Shown: positions 12,740 through 26,243 of the stretch, in pieces
How positions within the stretch are numbered: the first letter of the stretch is position 1
Layout of the letters: each line of letters begins with the position of its first letter
From: Microthyrium microscopicum
Lineage: Eukaryota
Direction: 5' to 3'
Length of the DNA stretch: 64,000 nucleotides
NCBI GenBank assembly: GCA_010405405.1
Contig: MU004231.1
Location: 1,042,153 to 1,106,152 of the forward strand
Position numbers and translations under genes: made by a program
The notes under the pieces: model-generated
Database searches by the model: none
Told to the model about the DNA's origin: nothing
What the model saw: only the letters and a program-made list of their open reading frames with translations

Positions 12740-15117
12740 CTAGTGCCTAAAAACGCCTTCGTTTCGTCCCTAGAAAGTCAAATTCGTCAGAAACTTTCCT
12801 CTTTTGATAATCAGGGCTGCCGAAGAACGATTTCAGACGTTGTTACTTAATCAGCGTGTTGACCAAGAACGGAGAGGCGCTAATATTCCAAGTTTCAGCC
12901 TGTCCCCTCTTCAATAATATGGCAAATAAGTCGGTGGTGTTTATCTCAATACTCTTTCGAAAATTGCCATCTTTATCCCAGTAGGAAGGGTCATCAATCG
13001 AATAGATTGGGCAGCCATCCAGTAGAAATTGCGCTGATTCTGCCGAGAGCCGTTCCATTAGCTTTAGAAAGGCTTAATCTGTAACTGGTACGGAGTATAA
13101 AATGCGTCCTAAACCTACAAACTTTCCTTTATACCTATCTAAATCTCTATCTAGTTTGAAATAGAACAAGGATGCAACTAAGCTATACGCTACGTTATCT
13201 ATAGGCTTAGACATCGAGCCATCTCTATTAGCTTGCTCTTTTATTATTAGCATACTCGCCATATTATCTAGTCTTAACCTAAATCCATTAAGCGTAGTGT
13301 CAATTCGATGATACCACTCTAGAATACACTAAGTTTGGATCGCTTCTCTAATCTGCTTATTCTATAGCTTCTCCCAGAAGGCTTCACCTAGCTTACACAA
13401 AATGCTTTTATATCGTATATTGTTAGATACCCTATTAGGCACGTTAGCATGGTACGGTTCGCTAGTCCCTAAAGAGATAATAAAGTTAGGCTTGCTACTT
13501 AAAGGGAACAAAGCTGCTGCCTCAGAGAGCGCTAAAATTAATAGATTATTTACGAATGGTCCTACATCTTAAAACGTGCTAACATTACGGATGTGTTTCA
13601 GAGGAAAAAATCTGTAGCTTATTAATTAGTTACAGAACACCGGGATAAGAGTTAACGTACCCAAGTGCAGTAGAAGCTAAACGTGCTCTACATTCAGGTT
13701 GTTAGCATAGTTTTAAGCTTTCTCTACGAACTTACATTTCCTATAGCGGAACATTTCCTGATCCGTCCTTTGGCTTTATAACGCGTTCTTCTGCTCTAGT
13801 TAGGTCTTAGTCTATTTAAAGCGCGTAAGACGTACCTTAACCTTCAACTCGGTCGCCTACACCATTATAGTTCGTGAAGATACGGCGAGACGGCGTACCG
13901 CTAACAGTTACTACGGGAAGGCCGACACGTGTTCCTGTAGTTATTACATAAGAGATATCTAAGATACTCCTATCATCTCCAAAGACCTGTTTCAGCGCCA
14001 ATTCAATGTTCTTAGGCGCATAAAGTCCGTTAGCAAAGTACGATATCAAAAGTTTAATAAAGTTACAGAAGATTGGAATTTTAGACACTATCCAAGGCGT
14101 AAAAGCAACTTTAGCAAGTCGTTTAAAAGTATTAGTAGACTCCTTAATGCCCTATCCGTTAACAAACATAGCTAAACAAATAAGGCCTCCTAGAAAAGGT
14201 CAGCTATAGCTGGAGAGTCAATAAGCTAATATAGAAGAACGTACCTGAACTAATCCCAAAAGCGACTTTAAAGAATTACTAGAAGGGAATTGGTAAGCCG
14301 ATTCGATCCTATATACGCTTCATCATCCTAAGAGAAGAGGCGCCGCGAATGCTACTACTATTAAGACAAAGAATTCCCACTCTCGCTATAGGAGGATGAA
14401 TTTTGATCTTTACTTCCTTAGGCATTTCTTCTCCGCAAAGGAAACAGCGTTATATTTTATACACCTATAGGTCATGCTCGTTAACGTCCCTAAAGACTAG
14501 AACGTAGTTCTTACATAGGGTATATCTACAAAATAAGCTATACTGTAGTCTTTAACATAGACAGTAGAGACAAGTACTGCTACTTTAGATGCCGTACTAA
14601 TGCTATTTAAAGCGGTTCAAATTATTGCAGTAAATCTCTGCGGCTAATAAAGGACTATGTATTAGCTACTTAAAGAAGCTAATTAGATATTTACGGACTA
14701 GATTAATAAATCCACTACAAAGGATAATATCGTCCGAATCTAGGAAGGAAATAACCCTCTCTTTCGAAAATGCATCTTTATAGAGAGAATCTAGTACTTG
14801 CTCTAAAGTAAACACTATCGACTTATTAGATATTCCTGCACTAGTTAGGGCATTATAACCTATAGTATAAATTAGGAGGGTAGCTATCTAGCAGAAGACT
14901 AGATGTAATAGTAGAAGCTACAAAGGCGGTAAAGTTCCCAAAACTCCTAATATGCTTCATTAGGTTAGCCAAGTGCTCGTCTAAATCTTGCAGTGCCGGA
15001 TTGTCCACTCGTAAAGCCTAGATAAAGTCGAACGGCTCATATATAATTTATAAGAAGTGCTCACATGCACTCGCAAGGAACGCAGTAAAGTAAGTCATAA
15101 AGAAAAGACATCTAAAC
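12740..15117 (-). pseudogene. Patatin-like phospholipase (Starship PLP type), 3' part, RIP-inactivated
   Basis: ILCLNSSSIRG (RIP form of LDGGGIRG), FKVAFGISS (GxSxG region), RVGLPVVTV..RIFTNYNG, F*DVG (DAG/DGG), SLFYFKL, C-terminal ISASPF...FGSPDYQKRK. Confidence 0.85.
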
Positions 15118-15344
15118 TATGACGAGCTGCGGAACTTGGAGCGAGCAGATAATCAGATTATATTCTAGAATCTACGAACAGGAGAGAGAGAGAAGAAGAT
15201 CTAGAAGAGCTATAGATCTACGAGGGAAGTAAGTCTGCTTAGCAGATCCTTAGGCGCGCTAACCCCCTTAGGTCTAGCGCGTGATTTTATAATAAGATCT
15301 CTCTTATAATATCACTATAAAGCCTATAAAGAGAAATTATTATA
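15118..15344 (-). repeat. 3' LTR of the Gypsy element
   Basis: Aligns end to end with 22544-22770, differing mainly by C/T and G/A changes. Confidence 0.9.
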
Positions 15345-15419
15345 TAACCTTTTCCTTTAGTATAGCTCTCTAGGCTATAGACTACTAATTATATTTACTT
15401 TCCTAATCTATTTTATTCT

Positions 15420-15464
15420 AATCTAGTCTAGTTTGGTCTAGTCTAGTCTAGTCTAGTCTAGTCC
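15420..15464. repeat. (GTCTA)n pentanucleotide microsatellite in the retrotransposon 3' UTR
   Basis: ctagtctagtttggtctagtctagtctagtctagtctagtcc. Confidence 0.8.
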
Positions 15465-18400
15465 TATAAACTTTTAGTAATAAATAATATTTTAATCCTT
15501 CTATAGTATAATACTAACCTTATTAGTCTTTTAAAGCATCTTAACCTTTGGCTTATTAAGGTAACTATTAAGAAGCATTAACGAACCCTAAGATATTTTT
15601 AAAATACTCTAGTTCTTAAGTCCTAGTAGTCTAATAGTTAGTAATCTTATTAATATAAAGGAATTAGTAATATAATTATTTACTCTACTTAATTAGTAAG
15701 AACGCTATTAGAGTCATAATTAATATTATTATTAGTAGGCTCTAGTATTAGTAGTATCTAGGTAGGATATAGGCTTAGCTTACTAGGGTACTAAGCGTAA
15801 AACTTAGCAATAAGCTTTAGTATGTTCTTAGTAGCTGTCTAATTATGCTATTTAGCTTTATTATAACTAGTATACTTAATCTTATATTGTAGCTTCTTAT
15901 ATTAACTAGTAAAGCAGCTATTAATAATAGCGTTAATAGACTATTTATTGTTATTTATAGTTTCTCTAACGACTATTAGTAGTAAATTAGCATGCTTAAG
16001 TAGCTTAGTATCATCTATAATATAGTAAAAGACCTAGGCGTAGAAGATATTATATATCTTTATAGAAAAGGAGAGATTAAGTTTATAGGTAATAGTATTA
16101 ATTTTCTTAATTATATAAAAGGAACTTGTATTCTTATTATCTAGAGTCTTTAAGAGACGTAAAGTAGGGTAGTTCTATATATCTAAGCAAACCTAGTTAC
16201 CTAGTAGCAAATCTAGAGCTATATAGTAATAATAGTTAGTATATTCTGCTTACTAAGCTTATACCTAGATTAATTACTTTATTAAGTAATTATATATCTT
16301 AGCATAACCTTTCTATATTATATCTATATTAATAGCTTCCTTATTAGTAGCTATAGAAGCATTTATAGGTTTTGGGAGGCAATATAAGGACTTAAGGCCT
16401 AAATAAGGGTTAAATCTATTTTAAGCTTTAAAGGATATAACTCTTATAGTAGCGTTTATAGCAGAATTAACTATAAATTTAGTAAAGGGCAGAAGGGCTA
16501 TCTAGTTATCTTAATCCTAGTTAATAAACGCGTATAAGAACTACTTAAGTACAGCGACTAAGATTTCCATTATATTATTAGTTTTAGAGTAAAATGCTAT
16601 ACTAAGACAGAGTATTATACCTACGCATTTATATAAGTACTTCTAAAACGTAGAGGTGAATTAGCTACTATAGTCTAAAAAAATTATTAATAGCTAGCTA
16701 ATAAGCTTCTATACGTAGTTAATAAAGGCTAGTACTATTAAGTCTATAAATAGGTCTAGTAGCAAGATAAAATGTTAGGTCTATATATATTAGTTAATAA
16801 CTACTATAATATGTTAGTAGATTATACCTTAGTATAAATAGTAAGGTAGTAAGATAACAAAGTTAATAAAGATATTAGACTATACGTACTTAGAGAGAAG
16901 GAATTAACGTAGGAAGCTTTACTTCTTTTAGTAAATAAGTTTAGCGAATACGTATTTATAGCCTTTAATAAAGCTTTTAACGTTCTATAATATCTTAGGC
17001 TACTAGTAATCTTCCTATAAGTAGTAGTAAGTTGTTACTACTCCGCCATAGCTTATAGCTTTATAGTTATATATACTCTATATAGCGCAACGCTAAAGCT
17101 TACCTTAAGGAATAAAGATTTAGTTATAGTAGAGGATTGTCTTATTAGTAGCTACTACGTAGTCTCTAAGCTTAATCTACTCTTATTCTAGAATACTAAA
17201 GAGTAAAAAGAGCTAATAGTTAGTTTTAGCGTAGCGAATAGTAATTATTATTTTGTCGTACTTTACTATATTTATAATATCCTATAAGAACTAGTTACTA
17301 TTAAAATCTAGGGATAGATTATCTCTTAAGGGATTAAGTAGCTTACCCTTAGGCGTCTTATTATTACTAAAAGACTCTCCTATAGAATTAAGTAGCTTAC
17401 CTATAGGATTAGAAATATCTAACTTATCTTAGGCAATAGTAGTTAAGTATAGTATTAAGAGGTAGGCAAGTTTAATGAGTAATATAGCTAGCTTTATTAC
17501 GTACTCTATGTTAAATTAGTATAGGAATAGTAAAGGTTAAACTTATTAAGAGACGTAAGGGTTATTATTACTTTATAGGATATCTTATAACTAATAAGTA
17601 AGGGTATCTACCTTTCTATTAGCTATACTTAGGTAGTACTTTATTTTAAAGTAAAATTAGGAGAGGAACTTAGCCTATCTAGCTTATCGTTAAGAGAGAC
17701 GTTTTATTATTATAAATATCTAAAGGTTATAGTAATTAAAGAATACTTAAATAGGGTTAATAGAGCTAAATAGCTCTAGTTCCTATTCTTTAAATATATA
17801 GATAATAGCTAGAAGCTCTTTATCGTAAATATTATAATTATATTCTACTAGGGTTATCTTCTTTAAGAGGTACGTAACTAGGTAAAGCTTCTTATCGTTA
17901 CCTTTTTAAGAAAGGACTGTAGCATAGACCTAATCTAAGGTATCTATCTCTAGCCATATTTCTTTTATATAGTTAAAGTAATATAATATCTTAGTAAATA
18001 TAAAGTCTTACTTTAGCTTCTTAAATATATATTCCTTTAGCTTATTAGAATCCTAAAGGAAGATTACCATAGCGTCCTTCTTTATAAGTACTATTAATAG
18101 TACTATAGTCTTTGAATATTTAAGAATAAATTAGTAATAAAAGTTAGTAAAGCTAAGGAAAGCTTAAACGTCTTTTATTAAAGAGGGACGTTACTAGTTA
18201 ACTACGCTTTAAACCTTTTTTAGGTCTATCTTAATGCCTTTAGTAGTAATAATTAGGCTAAGGTATTTAACTTATTAAGTATTAAATTCATACTTCTAGA
18301 TATCTAAGTATAATCCTACTTTGCCTATTGCTTTTAAGACTAGGTAAGTATAAGTAATATAGCTAGCTTTAGTATTGTTAAAGACTAATAGATCGTCTAT

Positions 18401-21400
18401 ATAGCCTATAATAAAGTCGTCTAGGTAATTAATTAGGATATAGTTAAGATAAGCTTAAAAGGTCCTTAGGGCTTTAGTAAGGCTAAAGGGTATAACTTTA
18501 AATTTGTATAACCTATAACGAGTTAAGAATATAGTTTTATATTCGTCACTAGGTTTAATATAAATATGTATAAAGGCGGTAATAATATCAAATTTAGAGA
18601 AGTATTTTATATAATAGATATAGGTTAAAGTTTCTAGTAGCTATAAAGAAACGTTATAATTCTTCTACGTAATCTTATTAAGTCTATAGTAGTTAATACA
18701 AACTCAAATTCCTCCTCTTAGCTTATATATATATAGCATTAGTGTAGTATAATACGATTTGCTAGCTTAAACTTAGTCTTAGCTAAGTATCTAATTAATA
18801 TATTATTTAATAATAAGGAATTCCTAGTAACCTAGGCTATTATAGCAACGTTTAGAAATTATAGTATTTAGGATAATGTTAATAGAGTAATCCTATTCGC
18901 TATAGTATAGTGTAAGTTTATTGCCTAGCTTAAGATTAAAGACGTTTATATAATAGTAATATTCTTTTAGTAGGTGTTTAAGAATCTCTTCTTATAAGAG
19001 AAAAGGCTTATTATATTTCTCTTACTACTTTTTAAAGTCCTTAGGTAAGATTTTGCCTAAGTTAATAGCGACATCTTCTTTAAGCACTAGGTCTAGGTCT
19101 AGAAGTTTCTTATCCTTCTTATCTTTAAAATCGTCAAGCTAGATTTTGCTAAATTACTAGCCTTATTTAAGTAACTTAATAAAAGTAGTAGCGCTAACTA
19201 TAGTAACGTTCTTAAAGTGAGGATTAGTTAGGTTAACTAAATAGCCTTTATAATCTACTAAGATTAGATAACTAGCTAGTAAGTAGTATACTAGGTAGTA
19301 GTCTAAATTAAAGAGGATTTGTTTCTTTCCTTCTTTAAGAGTAACCTCGTAGAGGTTAATCTATAGGTTGCTAAGAATAAGGTTATAGCTAGTGACGTTT
19401 ATAATAAAGTAGCAGATCTATTTAATGTACCCTCTTAAATAAACGTTGACTATAGTAGCTTTATTAACCTTTATAATAGCCTTATTGTTAGCTAATTATA
19501 TAATTTAGGGGGCGGAGAGATTAATAGTAAGGATCCTATATTATTTAATAAAGTTAGAGTAGATAATTCCTATCGCTCTACTCTTAGTGTCTATAAGGAT
19601 ATTAATTTTTAAGTAGTAGCCTTACTTTAGAGAGAATATAATACTATAAGTAGTCTATTAATTACTTACTATAAGTGTAGTAGCTACTTCTTAAAAATAG
19701 AAATTATATACTATAGAGGTAAAGAATATCTTAATAATAGCTAGTTTAGTATTATTAAATATAATAAGCTCTAGAAATAATGCTTATTAGAGATTACCTT
19801 CTAGGTATTAGATAGTCTTATTAACCTTATGTTAGATTTATTCTTTAGAGAGAACTAGCTTAGGGTTAGGTTTATCCTTCTTCTATTACTAATTATATAC
19901 TTCTTACTTATTTAGCTCCTTTATACGTCTTTATAAAGGAGCTTTTAGTTTTCTATATCGTTACTATAATTATACTTATTGTAATTATCCTTTATAGTTA
20001 AAGACTAAGGAAATTAAGCAACAATTTAATTATAGATAGTAGTGAATTCTATAATAATAGCTATAATCTTTAGTTATATTTTAGTGTCTAATAAGGCGTC
20101 TCTATCTTTACATAGTACTTTATTTTGCTAGTAACTATAACCCTTTTTACTGTATTTTATATAGCGGTTGTCTGCCTTTAACGCATTATAAATTTCTAAA
20201 AGATAATTATGTTTAGGCTTTTATCTACTACCTTTAGCTACTAGGTAATTATTATTATTATAGCTACGTAGATTTATAGAGGAGACATATTTAATATAAT
20301 AAGCTATAGTATATAGGCTTTCTAAGAAGTTAGTAAAGGTCTTTAATTCTATAAAGAGTACTCTCTTTATAAACTTTAAAAGTAAGAGGGGTTACATTTT
20401 AATAATTTTATCTTAATTGCTTAGTTTAGCTTCGCGTAAATTCTTTAAGAAGCAAACTAGGAACTCTTTAAGTTTCTTAGTAGGCTTTATTATAGCTTCT
20501 TAACTCTTAAGCTAAGTTTTAGTAATAATATAACTATCCTTAATACTATATTTACGATCTAAATTAGACTATATTTCTATAATAAATAAATATAGGTTAG
20601 TTAACTCGCAGTTACTCTACTTATTAATAGTACTAAATACCTAGTCCTTTATTACTTCTTAGATAACTTAGATCTTAGAGGCTTTAATAAAGTAAACTTA
20701 AGTATTATTATCTAAGTAGTTTAGTACCTTACTTTTTTAAGCGTAATACTTTTATTTATCCTTTTTAGAGAAGAGTAAAGGCTTATTACCTTATACTTTA
20801 AGAAGGGAGGCACTACTAATTAAGTTAAGGTTAGAAAAGGGAGTAGTTTAACGTAAGTCTAGTACCCCTAGAGGTATATTTAAGTTAGGTTAATCTATGT
20901 CTTAAGCTAAGAAGGTTTAGCGAAATAGATTATTATCTATTAACTTGTTACGATTAAGATAAGGATTAGCTACTTTAGTAGCTAAGGGTTTCTTTTAAAG
21001 GGTATTAACTTAGGCTTAAAGAATAGTAGCTTTGTCTACCTTCTCCTATAGAGCTTTATAGTATTTACTAATTTTATTAACGTAGGTAGTGAAAGCTTCC
21101 TTAAGTAGATTATTATTATATTATAGTTTCTATACCTTTTAGTAAGCAGTTACCACTTCCTTAAGGGTAATAGTACTATCTTAAATTTACGCTTTTAGGT
21201 AAATAATCTACTTTACGCGTTTATTGTTAGTTTTAGCCAAGTCCTATATCTTTTCCTAAGCTTCTAAAGCTTCTTCCTAGAGAGTATAGATTAAGTCTAT
21301 ATTATAAGCGTTTATATTCTACTTAATTTCAAAGAGGTAAGCTATAGTTTAGGAGGCTAATAATAAGGCGTAGAGCTATATAACTAAGTTATCTAGCATA

Positions 21401-22543
21401 AACTCTTCTTTTAATAAACGTTCTAGGTTTGTACTTAATTTAATTAGGTAGTAAGAGTAGTAGTAAAGGTCTAATTGCTTTTTTTTATAATAGAGGTATA
21501 CTCTTATGTCTTTTAGCTTATTACCTTCTTTACTAGGCATCTTTTATACTTAAGTAGCTTAGAAGATTAGAAGGTTCTTATTAATAGTTAGAGTAACTAG
21601 TTAATTAAGGTTTATTACTATAGAGTAGTAAAATATTAATATAGGTAATACTCTAGGGCTTTTAGCTTACTAACGTAGTTCTATTAGCTATTTATGTATT
21701 CTAGGAAAAAGTCTAGTATTATCGTTAGGTTAAAAAAGAGCTAGTAGTTAGTTATCTCTTATGTTTATTTGGTTTAGTAAAGTTATTTAACTAGTATTTT
21801 AAGGGGCGTCTTCTAATGTTTTAGTCTTTTTACCTTTATAGCCTTATTCTAATAGATAATTATCTTTTAACTTATCTTTATCTTCTAATAACGCTCTTAA
21901 GTCTAGTTCTAGCGATTTTAATAGTCCTAAGACGTTCTCTACTAAATCTACTACTTTTTAGGTAGTATCTAGTTACACTATATCCTAGGTGTTAGGTCTA
22001 CTTTAATACTTAGTACATATAGTAGAGGGGTAACGTGATAGAGATAAATAATGTAAGCATATAGGAGATAAGAATTAATACTAATTATAAGGCTAAGTAT
22101 AAGCAACTAGGGATAGTAAGTAAGCTATATAGCTATTAACTTAAGTCTATTAAGTAGAAGCCTTATTAGCTATGGTCATAAATAATAAAGAAGGGTATTA
22201 AGAGAGAATACTTATTTATTTAGCGCGTTTTAATAGTAAGTATATTAAGTATAATTGTAGATATTTAGTAGTAGTATAGAAGATAAACTTTAGTATTCTA
22301 TAGAACTAAGGATAAGAAGTAATTAACGCTTAGACTATTAATAGGTTAAAGAGTGTTAGGAAATCCTAACGCTCTAATTAGATAAAGGGTTAGTAGGGCT
22401 AATAGATTTAGTAAATCTATAAAGGATCTTTAATAGGGTCTAAGACTACGTGTGTGGGATGCTAATCTACATGGACGCTTCTTTAGAAGTAAATTCTAGG
22501 ATACGTAGTATAAGCGCGTAGTAGTTGAATAGTTCGTAGATTA

Positions 22544-22770
22544 TATAACGAGCTACGGAACTCAGAGCGAGCAGATAATTAGATTGTATTCTAGAATCTA
22601 CGAACGAGAGAGAGAGAGAAGAAGATTTAGAAGAGCTACAGATCTACGAGGGAAGTAAGTCCGCTCGGCAGATCCTTGGGCGCGCTAACCCCCTTGGGTC
22701 TAGCGCGTGATCTTGCAACAAGATCTCTCTCACAATACCGCTATGAAGCCTGTGAAGAGGAATCATTACA
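22544..22770 (-). repeat. 5' LTR of the Gypsy element
   Basis: Ends in ...cattaca followed by the TAAAC duplication. Confidence 0.9.
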
Positions 22771-23557
22771 TAAACTACTCCCTATGCTTTCGCACTTAGT
22801 CTAATCTACTTATAATACGTTCCTTAAGCAGTCTATGGCGAGCATTAACAAAGAGTACGCCGGCGGAGAAAAGGGCAAGTATCTTAATTACCAAAACCTA
22901 CTCAAACAGGTCTCTTTTCGTTTCCTTACTCAACAGCTATAGGAAGGCCTTCCTTACCTCTTTCTCATTTTCTAAGCCTAAGGGGATTTTCTCAGTCACT
23001 ATAACTACCCGTAGGCAAGTACTCCTAAGAATTGTCGGCTCATAAACCTACTTAAGCCACATAGCAAGATGGCGGGCAACTTGCTTAAAACCACCTAGGT
23101 TATCTAAAAAGAAACAGAACACGTTAATAAAGGGATGAAGCAGCTAAGAGTAGATAGTACTAGATATCTCGCCAAGTGAGCCAGGTCTCTAGACTATCCG
23201 CTTCGTAGTTTCATGACACTTAATAGAGGGAATTTTGACCCTTAAAGTCTTTACTAGGATATCACTATTGGTAACAAGCAGAGGTCTTTCGTTAAAGATA
23301 CTAAATACTTTAACATAAAGGTGTATTTCTCCTAGAACTCGCTTTATAAGAAAACGTTAGTTTCTCTTCGCTTTAAAGAGCTTGCGCAGCGCGACTAATT
23401 TCGCTCTATTACTAATCAGTACAAAAAAGCTTAATATTTGAGAATCTAGCTCTAGAATATGAGTTTTAATGGTATTAAGGCGGTTAGAGATCACTAGATA
23501 GGTATCGTGGCCTTCAGAGCAAAGGCTTAGCTAGCTCGTGTGCTAACAGTACTTCAT
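22771..23557 (-). pseudogene. Patatin-like phospholipase, 5' part
   Basis: Begins MKYC*HTS*L. Frame RHRLLKERI..D*VRKHRE*F joins RCLF..TYFTAF at 15117 once the retroelement and one TAAAC are removed. Confidence 0.8.
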
Positions 23558-23623
23558 AATTAACGTTGATAATAATAAACTTTCGAGAGCTAGCAAATAA
23601 ACTCGAACTTATATACGTACTTA

Positions 23624-23708
23624 GGTCTAGAATTAGGCCCTCTGTTAAGACTGAGGCCCGATTTCAGTATTTACTATTACTAAGAGAGGGGGTCAAAATC
23701 TAGACCCT
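23624..23708. promoter_or_regulatory. Three RIP-altered dyad copies in the divergent promoter of patatin and the 23836 gene
   Basis: ggtct-agaatta-ggccc, ggccc-gatttca-gtatt, gggtc-aaaatct-agacc. Confidence 0.55.
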
Positions 23709-23835
23709 CTTATATTCCATTTACGCTTCCATAAAGAAATAGAGTTCACAATGTTTCGACATAACTAGAACTTACATACATACTAGAATACAAAATCTGA
23801 CAGCAATCCGAGATTGCGTTTCTATCGCAAGCAGA

Positions 23836-24378
23836 ATGAGCCGAAAAAGCCGTTCATCTACCTCGTACTATTAAGATTATCCTCTACTAGTGCTAAAAGA
23901 GAAAGTAAAAGATGCTAAAAAGCACCAAGAAAGCGAACAACTTGTGTACTTACCGGCATGCTCTCGCTGCGGCAAAAGCAGAAGACTGCGTACACGCATG
24001 GACGTAGTTGAAGCTTTAGATCAAATCATTTGCCGGAGACCAGGGTGCGAAAGACTCAAAGTTCTTATTAAGGATATGTCTAAGCTAGAAAATCTTATCA
24101 TAAACGTGAACCATTATCACTATGGCGAGTCTGTTCTAAAGGCAGTACCCTAGATTAAAGTCGCTAAGCTACCTAAAGGTAGCTCAGCCATGGGTCGGAT
24201 CGAATTACCTAACAAGCTGGCGAAATACGAGTACTTTAGAACGGAAAGGCCGTATCGACTTCGTACTATCCTTAAAGAGCCACCTCGGGTTAATCTTTCT
24301 ACGAAGCCGACACTGACAGAAATGATGTATACGATACAGCTAAAGAAGCGAGGGGCATACACGAAGGGTGCAATCTAG
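23836..24378 (+). pseudogene. Orphan CxxC / L(I/V)IN(V/I)xH protein with RIP stops; paralogue of 52227-53033
   Basis: One frame from ATG 23836 through ORFs 23890 and 24190, interrupted by TAA/TAG; LPACSRC...LIINVNHYHY...IELP. Confidence 0.6.
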
Positions 24379-24510
24379 GTTATTGTTAGTCTTCTACAAT
24401 TACTAAGTAAAGAAATGAAAACTATTAAGAGATATTCGCAGGACATTCTTGCGTGTTTAAATACTTATATAATTACATGCATTAATGCTAGTCTTTTAGA
24501 ATCTAGTAAG

Positions 24511-25006
24511 CTAAAATAACATAATATCGCAAATCAAGTTAAGATCAAGATTAGGTAGAGGAGGAAATACTAGTCCAGCTCTAGTTGAGCTCCGCAAATC
24601 CAGGTATCGGCTACCTACAATAAGGCTATTCTTCTCATCCCCTTCCATTTTATTATCTCTCTCTTTATAAGGCATCTCGATATCGCTCCCCATCTTATCC
24701 AGTAACTCGTTCTTGTTCAAGTCGTCCGATAGCTGCACCAGTCAGCCAAGGTAACGGCAACGGCGATGATGTATTACTTACAATGCTATCTATGTTCCTT
24801 AACCAGGGAATGTTACGCTTAGATCGAAGGGAATAAAACTCTTTTCTCGTTTGGTTGTTCCTGTCCACCTTCTCGAAAGCAATGAAGAGCGCTAGCTCAA
24901 CTCCAGGAAGCTCTGCGTACTCTCGGCATTTGCCTCTTAAAGGTCCGAATCGCCTTTTCTTCTTTTTGTTTAGTCTTTTACGAAGGCTGGGCTTTTGAGA
25001 AGGCAT
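24511..25006 (-). CDS. Divergent MADS-box (SRF-like) protein, 2 exons (25006-24782, 24732-24511), ~148 aa
   Basis: KKKRRFGPLRGKCREYAELPGVELALFIAF resembles the MADS core KRRxGLxKKAxELxxLxxxxVALII. Canonical intron GTAAGT...GCTGAC...CAG keeps frame. Confidence 0.6.
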
Positions 25007-25108
25007 ATCTGTTTGGGCGGTTAGCCATGTCAATGACTGCTTCAGTGAACTTATACTCCAAAGGGCCTTCGATTTCTTTAACCATCTGGAAGGAAGCACC
25101 GCCTCGAG

Positions 25109-25125
25109 GGACCATTTTCGGGACC
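25109..25125. promoter_or_regulatory. Dyad ~100 bp upstream of the MADS-like gene
   Basis: gag-ggacc-attttcg-ggacc-ctc, with complementary flanks. Confidence 0.6.
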
Positions 25126-25199
25126 CTCCCTTCCGAATGATGAAACGCCGGGAGCTGTCTGACTGCAGAAATTATTAATACGCAGTCCCTTGCTCTTCC

Positions 25200-26090
25200 T
25201 CTTCAACACTTTCGGGTGCAAATCCAGGTCACAATAGAGACTCTAGAAGGAATTACAGTGTCTGTTGGAATTATGGTTGCTCTTTCGACTCTCTAGAAGA
25301 TCATGTTATTCCTACCAGCTGAGTACGTATCTGCGGATAATCTTACTCTCTCGAGTTTATGTTCGAACCCCCACGCTTCATACCGGGCAGACAACAGGCA
25401 GCACGCGTCAATCCATTCGTTCAATTAACACTAGGAACCTTTCTTTCCATGACTCTTTTTGGTCAGAAGCGCGGAGAGTTCAGCCAATCTAAAAGCATCT
25501 CTTCGTCTAGCAAGACAGTTCTAGTCGGGTATGTGCCAGGCAGTTTGAGAGATCCATTCATCAAAAAAACTGACCATACCGCAAGGGTCGCGGACAGAAA
25601 TGCAGGAGTCATTGAAAATGCTAGACCGGTACGTTTGAGTAGATTCTCAATACATATATCTTCGCCGCGTCAAGACCTACAAAGAGCGCTCTGATACTCT
25701 TGGGGGGCGCATGGCATCCTCTAGTACAGAGAACAGTCTGTACAGGCAAGAAACGAGCATCAAGATCCGCAGAGCTGACAGAAAAATACTAGGTAAGAAC
25801 ATTGTTGGAGAGATAGACCTTCGTCCTGGACGAGAAACAACTTAGGATGGCGCTACAGCGAGATTGAACCCCGGCAAAGCAGCGGGCGCTAAACTTGAGA
25901 GTTTCATTGGATAGTTAATTGTTCCTGTCCCAAATTTAGCAAGTTCTAGCCGTTTTCCATGCATTCTGTAGATCCAACGAGTGTGGCTTAGCCGTTTTGC
26001 GGGGGTGATGCGGATCTGAAAGTTCCCGATGCACGAACCACTGGCCCTGCGACGATCGTGGCTTACAGGTCCACGTTTTGTTTCAAACAT
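25200..26090 (-). pseudogene. Hypothetical protein with several RIP-type stops
   Basis: MFETKRG... frame continues through TAA/TAG/TGA stops into SFFDEWISQTAWH...LNEWIDACCLLSARYEAWGF. Confidence 0.4.
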
Positions 26091-26243
26091 GTTTGGCTAA
26101 TGCGCGCGGAGTCTTACAAACCTTAATGCAACCACCAACGTCTGCACGCTCAACAATGTGGTGAGAACAATGACATTCGAAGCAGAAGCCTCTCTATCTA
26201 TTATTTAGACATCAAAGTGGTATTCCAAATACTCTTTGAATTT

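Larger units (their letters stand above)
15118..22770 (-). mobile_element. Ty3/Gypsy LTR retrotransposon, full length, heavily RIP-mutated
   Basis: Two 227-bp LTRs, TAAAC on both sides (15113-15117 and 22771-22775), minus-strand RT motifs YKFKVIPFSLTKAP and FIIGYIDDLLVF (~18380-18510), integrase-like region downstream of RT, polypurine tract next to the left (3') LTR. Confidence 0.92.
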
